Origin: Tubulanus polymorphus
Lineage: Eukaryota > Animalia > Nemertea
DNA: 64,000 bases
Assembly (NCBI RefSeq): GCF_964204645.1
Contig: NC_134029.1
Location: forward strand, 2,728,001-2,792,000
Direction of reading: 5' to 3'
Shown: positions 1 to 16,042 of the stretch, piece by piece
Numbering within the stretch: position 1 is the first letter of the stretch
Layout of the letters: every line of letters starts with the position of its first letter
The notes under the pieces: model-generated
The model's database searches: none
Told to the model about the DNA's origin: nothing
What the model saw: only the letters and a program-made list of their open reading frames with translations
Position numbers and translations under genes: made by a program

Positions 1-1593
1 ACGGCTTCGATCGTTCAGACCCGACGATGTTTAACGAATAGAAATACCCAGCTCCTTCCTGCGTCGGTTCTGAAGTGTTTGCGTGTCGCGTTTAGCAAGA
101 AAATTGCGCTGCGCTGCTCACTTGATGATCACCCGGCTACAAGAAGAAAATCTGAGAGAAAAATTCGAACCAGATTTGTTTGAGAATGCGGCATCGCTTT
201 ATCCTTATAATTACACATTGTCTGAATGTCAACGAAATCTAGAATGAAGAAGGTTATCATGGAAATATTAGTAAAACATAGCAGATCAATCCGTAATTCA
301 CTTAAAAAGTTCTAGCTAACACCGCAAAACAACAGCACCCAGTTCAACAATTGTGAGTTAGGCTTTAAAGCTATGGAACTGCATCACTCACTGAATTGTC
401 ACTATAGCTGTAAAATGGAAAACATATCTCTGAGTCGCAGAGTAGCAAATTGTCACTATAACTCTTACGAGTTACCAATGATCCACTTTCATATAATCAT
501 TGTCGTCGCTGTAATGAAAAATACCCGTAATAAAATGTTGCACGACTGGCGTTAATTTACATGTGTAGTGCTTAACTTGATGTATTACTGATTAACAGTG
601 CGGTATAAAAGTGATCAGCTCTTATAACAATGAAAGTCCACACATAGAAATAAATCATCTCTGTTCGCTACGTGTCTTCACCGAATTAGGCACCGATGAA
701 TTGTTCATTGCAAAAACTTATACACAATCTAACGCATAACAGTTTGTTGTAATTATGTTGATTTATTGAAATAAACCGATGATTCTAAAATCAGCTTTTC
801 TTCATCATTACATCATCACATCAGTATGCTGATCCAATACTGCAGCTCTAACTTCGCCTTAGATTCAAAGGTCCGCGCACCTCATCTTACGGGCGTCGCC
901 GACCTGTGACTAAACTGTGAGATATGAATATAATTAAAACTATTACAATCTTCTATACAATAATGTTTAATTGTGTCTTACGAAATGCTTATTGCGATGG
1001 CGTTTATTTGCTTTAGTGTCTCCTATGAATTGAGAAATACGCATGTTTTACTATCTGGCCGAGCAATCCAGTTGACCCATTACTAAAACTTATAGTTCCT
1101 CGATCCGTTGACGAAACACTGTGTTTTAACGACGATTTGATAAAGTATTCCTATTAGTAATTCTGAAGATAACTATTCGGATCGGCGAGACGGTGAAGAA
1201 CTACTAGCTCAATAAAACTTTCGGATTTTACAATAATACTATCGCTGTTTGTACGAGTTCCGTTGATGACAATACGAGAGATTCAAGAAGCCGAGAGAGA
1301 CCAATATCAAGATTCGCTTTACGGTCTATCCACGGGATATAATACAATTCAGTGCCATTAATACAGCCGCGTCATAGAGAACCAAAAAATCTATCAGTGA
1401 TTTATAATTACTGCTGGTGTATTGGGCAGTATTGGCAGTAAAGGGTCGACCATCATCATTCATTCATGCTCGGTCAGTGCCGTAACAATGATAAATGAGG
1501 TAGGTACCATCGTGACGATATCCTACTCGACAGCACCTGTCAACCTTTATAACATGTAATAAACAGCAAGAACCGTGCTAAAGACGCTTATAC

Positions 1594-1674
<81 letters not shown>
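1594..1674. repeat. (CGG/GGC)n microsatellite, ~27 units
   Basis: Uninterrupted GGC run seen directly. It explains the spurious poly-Pro ORF 1547..1729. Confidence 0.98.
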
Positions 1675-1675
<1 letters not shown>

Positions 1676-3581
1676 CGGGTGCGACCAGAATCGACGGTGA
1701 AGGCTTTTATTGAAAACTGTCAGTTTCAATAGATACGCGTAATATAGAAAACGGAAACGGAAGAGTATTTAATTGCCTGATGTTAGAGTAGCTTCTATTG
1801 TCATCCGCGAGAACAGCAAAAAATGATTTTCAAGGTTCTATATGTGTATAGTCTTTCTAGTATCAGTAATAGAGAAGAGCCCGTTATTGTATTTTCTACA
1901 ATCTCTCGAAATGCTAACAATTTCCCCTAAAACAGTTAGGCTTTTAGTGAAAATGTATCGAAACGGCTTCGTGACGAAAATAATCTACATATTCGTTACC
2001 TATATAGACGAGGCTCGGAATTGTCACGATGCCGGTAACTATTTGACATTAGATATTTAGAAATCGTTTTACTTGAGGTCGTGAAAAAAATCTTTAAATC
2101 GATGGTTTGCGTAAAGAATTTTCCCACTGGCGACGAAAAACATTGAGATTGTCATCTAAGTGGAGCTTAGAAAAGAGAATTAGCGTGTAAATACTGCTAG
2201 CTAACGGCTGATCAATATTCACTATTTGCCGAAAGCGAACCTATAATTCAATACTTCTTTAACCTGGGCTTATACTGATCTATCCACTACCAATTAGTCT
2301 CGTTAAAAACATCTAATATGAATACCCTTCTCCCGCCTGCTCAAACTACACCTCGATCACGCAATTAATGCGCTACTTTCTTCACTTTCTAGATATTTCT
2401 TTCGTGTTTTGTATTCACACGATTTTAACGACTCGCGCGCACGATATTCACCTAAAATATGATAATAAATAATACATGATAAAAGGAAATTCGATTTATG
2501 ATTTAATTTCTACGTTCAATCACCACGGTATGTGCGGGCAAGAGTCGTAAATCGAGTAGAAATTTGTAATCCTTGCAAAATATGTATAATTTACCTTTCC
2601 TGAGACTTGGCTTCGTTGCTGCGTTTTTTTTTCTGAGGAAAGTTGCCATAGAGAAGGATATGCAGTAGGATGGAATCGACAACTAGTCACTGAATATTTG
2701 TAACCTGAAATCTTCATATACAGCGAGTTGAATGATGAGTTTTTGATCTCGTGGCGTCTCGTTTTATATTCATTGTATTTTGCGGCCGTAACTCGGCATC
2801 TAAAAATAGCGTATCGATAACGAGAATACCACAGACAAATACTGGACAAAAATAGGTAGAAAATGAACGCTAAAAGTGATGACGAACAAGGTATCTAACA
2901 CAGCAGGATGATAGGCTCAACAAAGTGGTATTGATCTGAAAGCGACGGCGCTTCTCGGGTTCTGACAATAGAATAAATCTCCACAAAATCCAGTTGTCCA
3001 CAGGAAGACGATTGTTGCGTTCGATTGTATTGATAAGTATCATGAACATTCAAATCACTATAGAAACCTCACACTAAGAATGAAAAAGTGTCATTGAGCT
3101 AGTAGTTCGACCATATATCCAGATACACTCGTGCAATCCTCTTCAATTTAGTCATCGAAATATTGAACAAACTACCACGTAGCTCAAAGAGCTTTTCGGA
3201 CTTTTTCATCCTTGTTTGGGATTTAAAATCATCTCTGCAACACGGACTCAGAGTGTTACGTCACTTCAAATCACAACTTCCAATCGAAAGGTCAGAGAGA
3301 ATTATCATCATTATCTAATTATTGTATCCGGTGAAGAAACTGCGGGCAGATTTTAAAATGAATTCAATTCAAACACTTGGTGATCGTGAACAGTTGAGGT
3401 TAAGAGTTTATTCAGCCGCTGTTATTAAGTGATTAAATCAATTCTCGTACGTATTCAACTGATCTTAATGAGGTTTTCATCTGGTATCGGAAAATGATTT
3501 GTTCAAGCAATGAAGAGATCGATAATGCAAGGAAAATCGATAGCTTTTTCTTCAGTGAAATTATTGTTTCTCCTTTTCCGC

Positions 3582-3748
<167 letters not shown>

Positions 3749-4533
3749 ATGCAGTTTGACAACGTCTTAAAGATTCTCTATCGTAAAAAGATAATTGAAC
3801 ACTTCATGTAATAATAATTATAGACTTTATGCAGTTCGATGAATTTCTGTTTTTCGATATTTCGCTTGACTCGTGCTGCGGGCAACTAATTAATGGATTT
3901 CACCCTCGGTAGATTTCGACGCTGAGTTTGAAATATTTATATATAAACAAAATGAATTGAATCACTGATGACGGGCATGTCTTGTTTGCAACCGAAGCGT
4001 TGATTTGACAAGTAAAATGATATCTTTCGCAACATTTTCCACTCTTATCTTCTGTTTGCTGTGGCATCTTCTTAACACTCTATACGACTCTATACGACCC
4101 AAGGCTGTTCAATAAAATTTTAAACAAACAACATCTGAACATCAAAACATCTACACTGGAATTTAATACCAAAATTCCTATCGTATTTCTGCTGTTCTTA
4201 TATTTCTTTTCAGGAGGAAATTAACTTCAGTGGTTTAAACTTACATTGTACGTGTTGTTCCCACGTTAAAAGATCCTTTTATTTACCGCATTGTCATTCA
4301 GATTGATATTATGATTGTTGAGTTTCACTTCAATGTCACACCGACCAAACGCTCTTGTGAAGAAGCTAAACTGCCAGTAGCAAAGCTTTTCCAGTGTTTC
4401 TTCGTGGAGATTTTTTGCTATTCTTTTCGAATTTTTTACCTTTAAAATAAATGTAATATGCATCTTTTAAAAGAAGATCCGAGGTTTATTCCGAATTAAC
4501 TCGAAAAAAGTCGAATTAATTAAGTCGAAAAAA

Positions 4534-4830
<297 letters not shown>

Positions 4831-5857
4831 CTCTCCGAGACAAGGAGGGAAATATGCAACGACTGAAGTTGAATGAGTACGCAAATAGTCGAAACTTCAG
4901 CCAAGACACACCCAGAATAATAGACCGACTCGAAAAATATACAAGCAGGTTTTCTAATCGAAGTCTGTTATAAGTACGAGTAACAGGATAGCGAACGTGT
5001 GTAGAACATAGTCAAAGTAAGAACGACGGTAATTATGAGTGTAACATCGGTCGAAACATACCGCGCTATAGTTTTATTGGGAAAACGATTTTCACCAAAC
5101 CGATAAGAAATTGACGTAGAATCTAACGGCGATTGGCAGCGATATGAAAAGATTCTATTTTCTGGAAAGATTGTCAGTAATAAAGAGAACATTATTATTA
5201 TTAATGAGTAGCTTTTCATGGTTGATCAATCAGCGCGAACCCAAAATATCAATATTCATAAACCAGGTAGAATATATTGTTTTTCAGTCGTTGTCCTTCT
5301 TACCTGACAAACTCATGATTGGAAAAATGAATGAATGCTTAACTTAGAATTATCAAAAGCCATTCTTTTATATATAAATTTCAATATCACCGTTTATATC
5401 GTTATAAATTTCCAGCTTATGCATTTTGTAAATGATATTTCCCTCCAACCCTTCGTTGGTTTCACGCTGATAAATGAAGAGATACGAGCTGTTTTGTTCA
5501 TAGAGAAAAAGGAACGAAAGCTTTTTGAAGCTTATTCGATCAGTTATTGATATTGCATCGGAAAAATAACAAAAAAGGACTTCAATTTCATTGATTCAAA
5601 TCTATATTGAAAAACTGGATCAATGTTTCTTTACTCTCTGTTAGTATTGATTATGTTCGGCCGTTAATATTTGTACGCGAAGAAAAACGGTATTTTTCGC
5701 GGCGGAATCGCATACATGAATGAACTGATCTAGTGATCAAATTCATATTCATAAAATAAATGCCGATTAGCTGCAAAACGACTCAACACGTAGCCTCGGG
5801 TGTCCCGCCACATCATCTTATTGAATTCCTATTTTGAAATTTACAGAAAAAACAGCG

Positions 5858-5905
5858 ATGAACATGTTACGCGTTCACGAGAGTCGAATTCTTCACGTCT
5901 GTTGA
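5858..5905 (+). promoter_or_regulatory. Candidate upstream ORF (15 aa) in the 5' leader of the Cys-rich gene
   Basis: ATG AAC ATG TTA CGC ... TGT TGA lies between an acceptor-like TTACAG (ends 5846) and the main ATG at 5945. Confidence 0.3.
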
Positions 5906-5944
5906 TTGCTGCTGGTTGAAACTTGGGATCGTCACCCGAAGACA

Positions 5945-8900
5945 ATGAATTTAACGAGAAATCCAACGATTCTTGCTACGTTGATTTCGGCTTTTATTTT
6001 GCTCATACATTTTCAAGGTAAGATTTGCTATTTCAACGTCTCAATCAAATAAACAGTTAATATTATCTCTGAGTGTTTATGATTATCAGACTTTATCAAA
6101 TTATTAGAATTGATCTGATTTTGAGATTTCTGAGTTTTGATACATTAGTATTCTGTATGTAATCCTTATTCAATTTAACTTCTTAGTGAAAATTGTATCT
6201 ATTCTGCACTTAAAGGTACTTGAAATCGATGACATTTCGCAGCAAACTGGAGTTGGATTCATTCAACTAAAATTCGCTGCAGGGATTAAAACGCTTCTTT
6301 CTGAAGTGTGTTCGTGCAGTTAATGGCTTTCGAGTGGTCGAAAGTGAATACGGTCGCGAATTGCCATTTTATCGAAGTTACTAAATTTCAAATAGATTAT
6401 GAACGCAGATCTCGAGTAAAGAAACTTCACGAGACTAACTTGATGGATGGTCCGCAGGGAGGCTAATTAGATTCCAAACACAATCGTTTTAAGAAAAATC
6501 CGAATAACGCTGATGTTTAATGATTTTCAAATAATGATAGAAACCATCTCTTCTCAGAAAATGTTCTCAGTTAACCCTTAAAGATTCCTTGTTGGTATAA
6601 AATTAATGAATTTCGTATAAAGATCTTGCTTGTAATGGACCCAGTGATAAGAAAACAATGACGTAAAAAGTGCATTTCAACCAGTCACCACATCTGACTG
6701 GTCTAGCGTGCTGCGGCTCAGGGTTTGAGGGCCGGGGTTTTCAACTGCTAATATTTTTGCCTATCAAAGATGCCTGTCTGGTTTCTCTTTTTCGGAGAAC
6801 TACCATTGAAGATTTTTCCTAGGCTACAAGCCTAAAGCTATTACCTGATATAACCTTATATAACCGGCATATATGATATACTGGTTTATATAATGTGCAA
6901 ATCATTACCATCGACAGATCTATAATTAAATGGTCTCTAATAAGACAGTAAGTGCATCATCGACGGTCGATTTGCTGTCAGAAAATTACCGTCAAGCCCA
7001 AATTAACAAGTATTTGTTCTGGCCAGTGAGGTATTAATGAACAATAATGGACGTTGTGTATACAGGCCAAATTACTGCAGATAGCACACGAGGTCTCTTT
7101 CGCCGTATAGAATCGACGAAAATAACAGCAAAACTGTACCGATCTGACCTCTCTTTCAGTATGGAAACTGACCGTGATGGGTTTCTATTTCAAGCTCATA
7201 GTTGATATATTCAGGTTTTGCTCAAGGAAACATTTCCCTCCGGCCAGGAATTTTCCAGCTAAAGCGAATTATTTATAGTTTGGGAATAGGACAGAAGTAG
7301 AAGGGCGTTTGATGTTTTTTTAACATCTTCTGAGGTTTCAATTTCAAATAGGATTTTTCATACGTTGATCTCCAGATAGCTTTTGATGTGTGACTGTGTG
7401 TTTACCTTCCTCAATAACCACAGCTGTTCAGTTTCTGAAACGAAAAACGACATTTTCTATATCAGATTTCTGGACGCAAATTAAGAAAGCGATCGATTCG
7501 ACAAGATGTGAAACTTTTATGAATATCAATAGGGTGATATTACAGCGAACATATTTCCCAGACCCGGTTCTAAAAGGTTTTGGTTCCAAAGTCTAAATTA
7601 GTTTATTTCCAATGATTTAACGCAAGAGTCTCGTTTAAACCGACAATTGTTGAACTGGATCCAGTATTCGAATATTTTGTTATGCCTGGCGGCAGAGCTT
7701 GTGAGGAATATCGCATTAATGTAGTCAACGAAAAGTGATATATAAACATCTGGATTTAGTTTCACAATGCTCTGGTTCTGCTTCGACTCTCAAGCGTTTT
7801 AAAAATCTCATCGATTTTTTACAGTCAACTTGAACTAAAAATATCGCTAAAAGTATTTTCGAAACTTCCACAATGGTTTCACCTGACAGCTTTATGATGG
7901 TTGTTTTTTTTTCAAATAAAATTATATTTGTCACTTTATAACGATATAAAGCTGTCAGAAATCATTTGCGAGTAACGCAATCTCAACTTCATCGGAGATA
8001 TCGTGTTATTACCGCGTCCCCTTAGTTTCAGCACAATAAACCATTAAAACTGCATCTAAAGTGGCGAAGAGCGCCTCGTAAAACTAGGTTTACCAGGGCC
8101 GACGAAATTGAAAATGCGCATCAACAGAAACCATAAAGTAACTCTTAAATCGAGTTGTACCTTTATGAAATAAATATGATATCGCCATTACTGAGACGTG
8201 TGGTGAATGAGAAGTTATGACCCGTAATCGAGCATTTAAACATACGTTACTGAGAGTGCATAGTCAGTGTCATTAGAGAAAGACCATATAAGTCAATTAT
8301 CGCGGACCGGGAGACATGCGAGTGGAAAGGACGTGTCATGTTTAGATAACACGTAAAACGATCAGCATTCGCGTAAATATATACGTGAACCAGTTTCTCG
8401 AAGCTAGGAATAGAGGTTTTTTTTATGATTGAAACTTGGGTCTGTGCAACCCCGAAAGAAAACATCCAATTGCCTCATTTTGGCGCTAGCGCGGTTGTTA
8501 CATTAAATACACACGCGCAGAAAATCTATATTTATCGAGATTCATTCTAAACAAATTGAACTAATTGCTTATTTTCCTCTGAGAATAAACTGGGACGTTT
8601 TCATTTTCGTTAAAATAACGCCAACCGACTGGGAATAAGTGAATATCGTCGTGGTTGCTTACTGTACTGATATTGCCTTTTACAGTCGCTTATCATTCTT
8701 TGGTCAGACTATGTAAACCAGAGTTCCCCTAGAGCGTGGATCTCTTTCAAAAATACACACTAGCCAGAGTTCCCCGGAGCCGACGTCTCGTTCAAACCCG
8801 ATGTGTGTAATCTGATTTTGTTCGGTTCGTACCTCGGAGGAGCTACTAGAATTTTCCGATAATCAGATGAAATAGTCTTGTCTCGTGGCAGTCATAATAA

Positions 8901-11900
8901 TCTTATACTATTTGTGATGTTACCGTTTAGAATATATACCTTTGAGAAAGTAGGGTAGTCTCCTCACGATGAGTGGATATGTCTAGCTTGGGTCACGCTA
9001 AAATGGGAGATGATGTACACGGCACCTTTTAGGTTGGACTAGCTTTTTTGAATTCTCTTTTTCGTGTGTGTATTTACAGATGGCATCCAGGTACATAGTT
9101 GTCGGTTAGTATTTGACTCTAGATGCAAACATTGAATATGAATTAATGTTAACTTTTAGATTCATAGTCGACTGTGGAACTGAGTTATCGTATTTACATC
9201 AATTCAAGTCTTTCGCATTCTCCTCCAAAATATTCACGGATGCGCCATATTAAAAAATCTTTACGCATATGCTTTCATAGGCATATGCTGCAAAATGTTG
9301 ATGGGTGCGTACGCGATTTCAAGCGATATATCACTTAAAGAAAATCATCCAGGCCTCGTAAATCGAAGGCAAATTTTCAATAAAGCCGTCGGCGTTTTCA
9401 TTTCTAAAACGTTCCTGGACAAAGTGTAAACGATTCTTATTTCAATAACAATTCAACCCAAGCTACAGGCGACGCGAACTTTACTCTATTTCTGCTTGTT
9501 TATATCAAAGATAAATTCGAAAGACAACGGCTCTAAACAAGCAGGGAAACATGAACACCTGTTTTTAAGAAGATGTCGCAGGGGAGAGCAGCGTCACTCG
9601 GAGCCGTCCGGGCATAATCCAGTTTTCTTTGCTGATGATCGAGCTCATCAATTCTATCGCAAAAATCACTGGCATTTCTGTGTTCACGGTTTAGCTGCCG
9701 GTGCACTAGACCCAGAGGAAATCAACGGTAACTTATTCAACGGCAGGTAAAATGCGCGCACAAGGTGAACGCGAACATGAATAAACCATCGGCCATCCTT
9801 CTAGTCATCTAACTCTAACCGTCTTCTTCCATTAAATCTACTCACAAAAACAATACGCTTACATATATATTCACACACAAGTTGTGGGATGGATAAACCT
9901 GGTATATTGGTTCAGTTCACGCTAAGGGCAATGTTTGTCGATTGTGCTCGGTAAGGAAGAGAGAAGGGGGGATGATGACCAATCACTTGTTGATAGCGGT
10001 GTGGGCGCTGATAACGGTGAAATCAGAATGAAATCTCACTCTGTATTTGTGAATGGAAACTGTGTATGTTGTATGATATTGGCCCATACAGGGTGATTCT
10101 CGGAATTTGGTCCGAATTATTTCGATGAGCAGGGGCGGGGAATAATGTCCCGCTGTTCCGTCGCGTTAACGGCAGTGTTGTTGCTACGGATGTGGACGCT
10201 TTTTTGTGCCAATGTCAAAATTACCACGAGTTCATTTCGCCTGTGTTATAGCAAACCAATAGAAACATCTTCACACGACAAAACGTAAACTTAATTTGGT
10301 TTCGATTGCAATTTATGCCGGCGCATCTAAACACAGTGTGTCGCTGGTCTGCCGCCGTAGAAAATCAGATTTAACTCGGGACGCGAATCACAGCTCGATG
10401 AGTTCTTCTCGTTCGCTAGTTTTACTCACTGAGACGTAATGTCGTTTTTAAATGCAGCATAACGAAGAAGAGATGACTGTGGAATTGGAGCGAAAAGTAT
10501 CAGAATTGGTACGGTTTTTTCCGGTAGTCTTTGTATCAAACTATAGTTATATATATTATATATGCGCGAACAGATAACACAATCGTATCATAAAAATAGT
10601 TGCACGTCGTTTCCAAATATCTGGTCGGATGTATTCATGAATAATAGATAGAAGGACGAATCAGGCATTAACAGAAATGGTTTTGATGATTCGTATTAAG
10701 GTATAGAAATTGCGGGTGTAATACAGAAAATATTCAGGGATGATTTTGCCTCTTAACAATAAATATGGACTATTATTAACGACAAAAAACCTAGTGATTG
10801 GTCATGCCTAAGACGTCGCTTGGCAGTCGTGATGATGGGTATACACAACATTTACTGTCGATGTAAACACTAGCGAAAAATAAAGCTGAATTTTCTGAAA
10901 TATTGAGTTTATTTCAGCCTTTTTTTTAAATTGCTAACATTTTTACTGATCGATGTGCACACTTTTTGTATCCGCTTTCACTATAGAAGAATCGTTACGA
11001 TATTGTTTGGTGGTTCATTTCGAAGTATCAAAAGAAATTTGATTCCGAGGAGCATCCGATGGAGCGCGTGCAGGGGGCAAATAGAAACTACGTGTATCAA
11101 TTTACTACTAAAGGCGAGGTATTTAGCTATTATGTTATATTCTTACTAGTATAACTCGCCACGTCATCGGGGTTATAGGAAATCGAATCTTGATCGTGAC
11201 ATCGTGGCCATTTTCTGTCTCAAATGATATACATATACGTCAGTATATTTTTTACAGAAGCCCCGGGTGATATTTTTTTTACTGATCGACCCCTTTTTTC
11301 TCGGTTTTCGATAGTTAACCCGTTGCAGCGGTTGTTACTGTTTGGTTTCGGTGCTAGATGGGTTAAAGTCGAATCACGACAATCCAGACGAGAACAGTCA
11401 CAAATCTGCAAAGATACGTCATACGGCATCATCATCATTAAGACGTAATCTTATTTCTAAATAGAATTATATCAGATACAAAACACGTCATTAAGATACA
11501 AGATAAATCGGAGGCAAAAAAACTTGGACAATGTGAAAGAAATGATCTGTAAAGGTAAATTACTCATCAATTCAACAATAAGCAGATAAAACTAACTTGG
11601 CGCCTTGGAAAATAACGTATATATTGGTTAATATCATCGACAATGGATAACATAAATCATGCAATATAAGGGATCAGATTTTGGATTTGAATATAATTAT
11701 AATTATTGAAATTTATCAAAAGTGATATAAGAGTTATTTATATAAGATATTTAGTTACAAAATAAACGCTTAAAATCATAATTGTGATCGTCATTTTGAA
11801 ACGCCAATATTGATGACGTAATGCACATCGACTCGTACAGCGCCCCTTAAATAACGCCTACTGTGTATCGATGTATATAAACGTTATTGTGACGGTTTTT

Positions 11901-14900
11901 ACGGGGTCAAAAATGCAAGGCGTATATCATCGAAATCAATTTTAAAGAGGGAATCATAGATTGAAAGTAGTCATTCCGGAAGAGGGGATGGACCCCGGTC
12001 GGTTGACTGGCTCCAGTAGAATGGAGTCACGTGCACCCCTGGCACTCGTCAACTCATAAAAACCGCTTTTTACTGACTGACTGATCGTAAATCACTCGTA
12101 TCTCTCGAGTTAAAACGACGACTGTTTTGAATCAGTCATAATTTCGTTCGATGTTCTCTCTTCGAAATTACCTGTAATGTTGAATCATAAATGGATTTTT
12201 CGTTATTCTAAGGATTCAGCAATCAATGAAACCTGGCAATAAATACAAACAACATTTCACTGGTGCCTGCGTTTATTCACATTTAAATCAATCTAAAACA
12301 AGATCCAATCATTTATTGGTTTACGGTTTCGTTACATTCACCCGTGACCTTGAACTTTACTAGATATATTGGTGACGTAATATATTACCGAAAATTTGGA
12401 GATCTTAATAAAAAATTTTTAACATTTGAAACTATCTTTTCATTTCTCGTGCTTCAAATTTCGGGCTTTTTCATTGTGAGTTTCACACTCTAGCCCTTAT
12501 TGTTGAGACATTGCAAATCATCATTCGATATTACTTTTTTTAAAATTATCTTTTGAAGCTCTTTTTGTTGGTTTTTTTTTCAAAATTTCTATAATTCAAA
12601 AAGTTCTGGCATGGCCCTGATGGGTGAAGTGCCCCTTGAGCGAAACCGCACGAAATCGAATTAAATGAACAATAATTGATCTATGATTGAGTCTTTATGG
12701 GGGAAGGGTTCGATCAATTTAGGTGTGGCTAGCAACGCCAGAAAAATATCAGATGTCGGTTGAATATGTTATCGATAGGTTCAACGCATGTATCAATGAT
12801 TTTATCAAAATTTCCATTTTCGTTTATCATTATTCAACTACTCTTTTTAATTTTCTATTTTTTGCTATCGTTCTTTAAGTAATATTTCATGTCTATAAAA
12901 TTCACCTCGTACGATTTGAATACAAAAAGATTCGTACGTCAGGTGTGAAGACAATTTCGAAACATATAGGTGTGGCATGTTGGTCCGATCGAACTAGTCA
13001 GTAGTACCAGAGGTGAACTATAATTACCGAATTACAGTAACTTTCCAGTTATAGATCCAACGAGAAAAAAGTGTAAGAGAATCAAGTTATTCAATCATCG
13101 CTAATAGAATGATTGTTTTTATTAGCGGGTAGACCTCATCGGTTCTTCGTTAGAATTCTGTTTGAATTCTCGTGACCTTCACCCCCCACGAACGGTTAAT
13201 CACAATCGAATTTGGAACCTGATGAAGTTGCTCGCTGCCGACGGCGTAACATGTAAATTAAATGAATTCTTGTCTCTGTCGTCGTCGTCGTTTCGTGTTT
13301 GCGGTTATATATGTAAGAATGACAAAAATTGGCTGTTGGCAGATCGATCTCAGTACGAATGTTGTAATATTGTTTACACTCAGTCAGACCCGACTGAGCT
13401 TACAAAAATCTCTTCATAGATTTCCTATGATTTCCGTGTCTTTACGTAATTCTGCCGCTCATTTTTAACACAACTTGAGGATATTTTGTTTAACCGCAAC
13501 AACGTAAAACCTGAAATAACAACCCGAAGTTGCATGATGTTTTGAGTAAGTGAATGTGCAGCCTTCCCTTTGCCGTTCTTTTTCGCTGCGACTCTGAAAC
13601 GATATACAGCACGTATTTTTACATTACTGGAAAGACACGAAAAAGTGTGCACCAGTAACACGACACCGGGTTGCGGCCGTGATATTTAGAACGATTTCTA
13701 TCAGTGAAGTACAGAGGGTATTATCAGATTCGACGGTGTCTGGTTTGTCTGCAGATTGACAATGAAATCAGAGACAGAATTGAGAGATAATCACACGTTA
13801 TTTCCTGTGATACCTACTTTCACGACAGACCATTAACGGCGAGTGTTTTAGCCACTAGCGTTAGACACAGATCTCCGAGCATCTCAATGACAGACAACTC
13901 TTCATTAACACACCCTCTCAGGCTGATAAAGGTCGTAATTTTGTCCGATCATTCAAATTCGGTGTTATATCTTCTAAGAACCTATATCATAATATATAGT
14001 AGACACTGACCGTATTTCAGAAGTCATTTCGATGTGTTTGTTTGTAAACGATTACTCATTTGGTATTCCTGTGGTTATTGAGTTACTGGCAGTAAAACTG
14101 GTAGCTTTTCAAGTCGAACCCGGTCGTGTGTGCTGAATATATTGACCAAAAATCTATGTACATAGTGGACCACTTATTGTGTAACTGTCACAAACACTGA
14201 ACATATGATACGAATTCGAATCTGTTCCGCTGCCAAAACTACGGTATCTGAAATTATCATCAGTTACAGATACACGAAACCTATGTAGCTTTTGAGGTGA
14301 AGGGAACAATTTCAGAAAGTAAATCTAAGCTTTGAGTAATAAACCCTCTGGGTATCTAAAACCACCATCAGTTACAAACGTATCTTCAAAGCCTCGTATC
14401 ATGTAAATTACTGAATACACGCAGGCGAAATACGGTTGAGAAATTTCGAGAGAAATTTTGATTACAGACAAGGTCGGTGGAGTAATATCGATTAGTATTG
14501 TGTAATTCAGAATATCTACTGGACATTCTATAATTAGAATTAGAATAATCTTTCATTTCTATCGACTGATTATTTTTATTTCTGTATCGGAAAGAATTGT
14601 CTAGAAAGAGTTGGGGTTTTCAAATATAATCATTATTTGTGAATGCATTTCACGTTTTTATCTTTGTTATATTAGAATTCGATGAAATAATTTTCACCAC
14701 GGAGCCATAGCTTCGACTATTTCAAAAGCGGAAATGCTGGACCCAGTTCCACAGTTCTGAGTAAGAGTTAACTCTGAGTTAAAGTTAGTTCATTTTCAAT
14801 GAGTTAACTCAGGGTCAAATCTTAACTCGCAACTGTGGAACTGGACCCTCGACAATGTTAAAACTATAAAGCAAATTTGCCCAGGGAGGCATTCATTGAA

Positions 14901-16011
14901 ATGTAATTTTGAGATCAGGAATCTATGATGAAGTGGTTTCTAGCAAACCAGAAAACTATTTAGATAATATTAGTTCTGAACAAATTTGAAGCTTGAATAT
15001 TTCTCAACAAGATAATGGGGTTACAATCTTTAGATCGGATATATACCCGATATGAAACAGCTAATATAATCGCGATGTTTTTACGTTGATATAATCTGAC
15101 TCCTCGTCGGGTTTGTTTTTACTAAGCCCAGCGACCGCGACGCAGGGAAACATGTATTTCCCTCGACGCAGGGAAACACGTATTTCCATGCTTTAGAGTT
15201 TGGCATCTACAAATATATGAACTGAATTCGTTTTTCACTTTATTTTAGGTAGCGATGGCCAATGCGCATTTCCACAATTTGCTCAGAATAAACGTAAAGA
15301 TGACCGGTGGGTGACAAAAAGAGAATACTACATAAACAGCGGCGATTACTGGAAGGAACAGACGACAGTTCTAGTAAACAAAAACATTTTAACCTATCAT
15401 ATTCACGAGAGACCGTGCGTAGAACAAGTGGAAGCTTGTTACAAAGTGTTTCATCTTTATAATCGGACTTGTATCAAAGATTTTGGAAAGTATAAATTTC
15501 TGGTGGAGCATTCCGCGCCTGGGCGGTAAGTAAAACCAACGACGGCGTTCTATATCGAGGAAATGCAACCCGAATCCATTGGGCCATGATTTTCGCGTGA
15601 ATGTCACTTAATTCCGCTGGTTTTTATACGAGTAGTTTCCTGCAGCGTCAAGAGCTAGGAAATCACTGGCTGTAGACTGGCTGAAAAGCAGCCCTTAAAG
15701 TATATCATTACTTACTGTGACCAAATCATATTTTCATTTTGGTACAGTCTCCACATTGCGAACTACTTGTACCATAATTTTCGCTTCGCACCAAACGCAC
15801 CAAAACACACTGACCTGAACGAAAATTGGTTTAGAAAACCATAAGCACTTTTACGGACCATCTTTCAATTATGCGAGATCCGTTTGGAAGGTATAAATAG
15901 AATTGAAGAGATTAGCGTTTAACATGCCGCTGACTAGAGGCCAAAACCATCGAGTAAAACCGGAAATTAATTAGCGTACATATAATTGGCCTCTGGCTGC
16001 TGCTGTCGTTG

Positions 16012-16042
<31 letters not shown>

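Noticed and set aside
9080-9090. 11-nt micro-exon candidate (TTTACAG|ATGGCATCCAG|GTACAT) in intron 1 of the Cys-rich gene
   Set aside because: Inclusion would frameshift the gene and the donor is mediocre. It cannot be distinguished from chance without transcripts.
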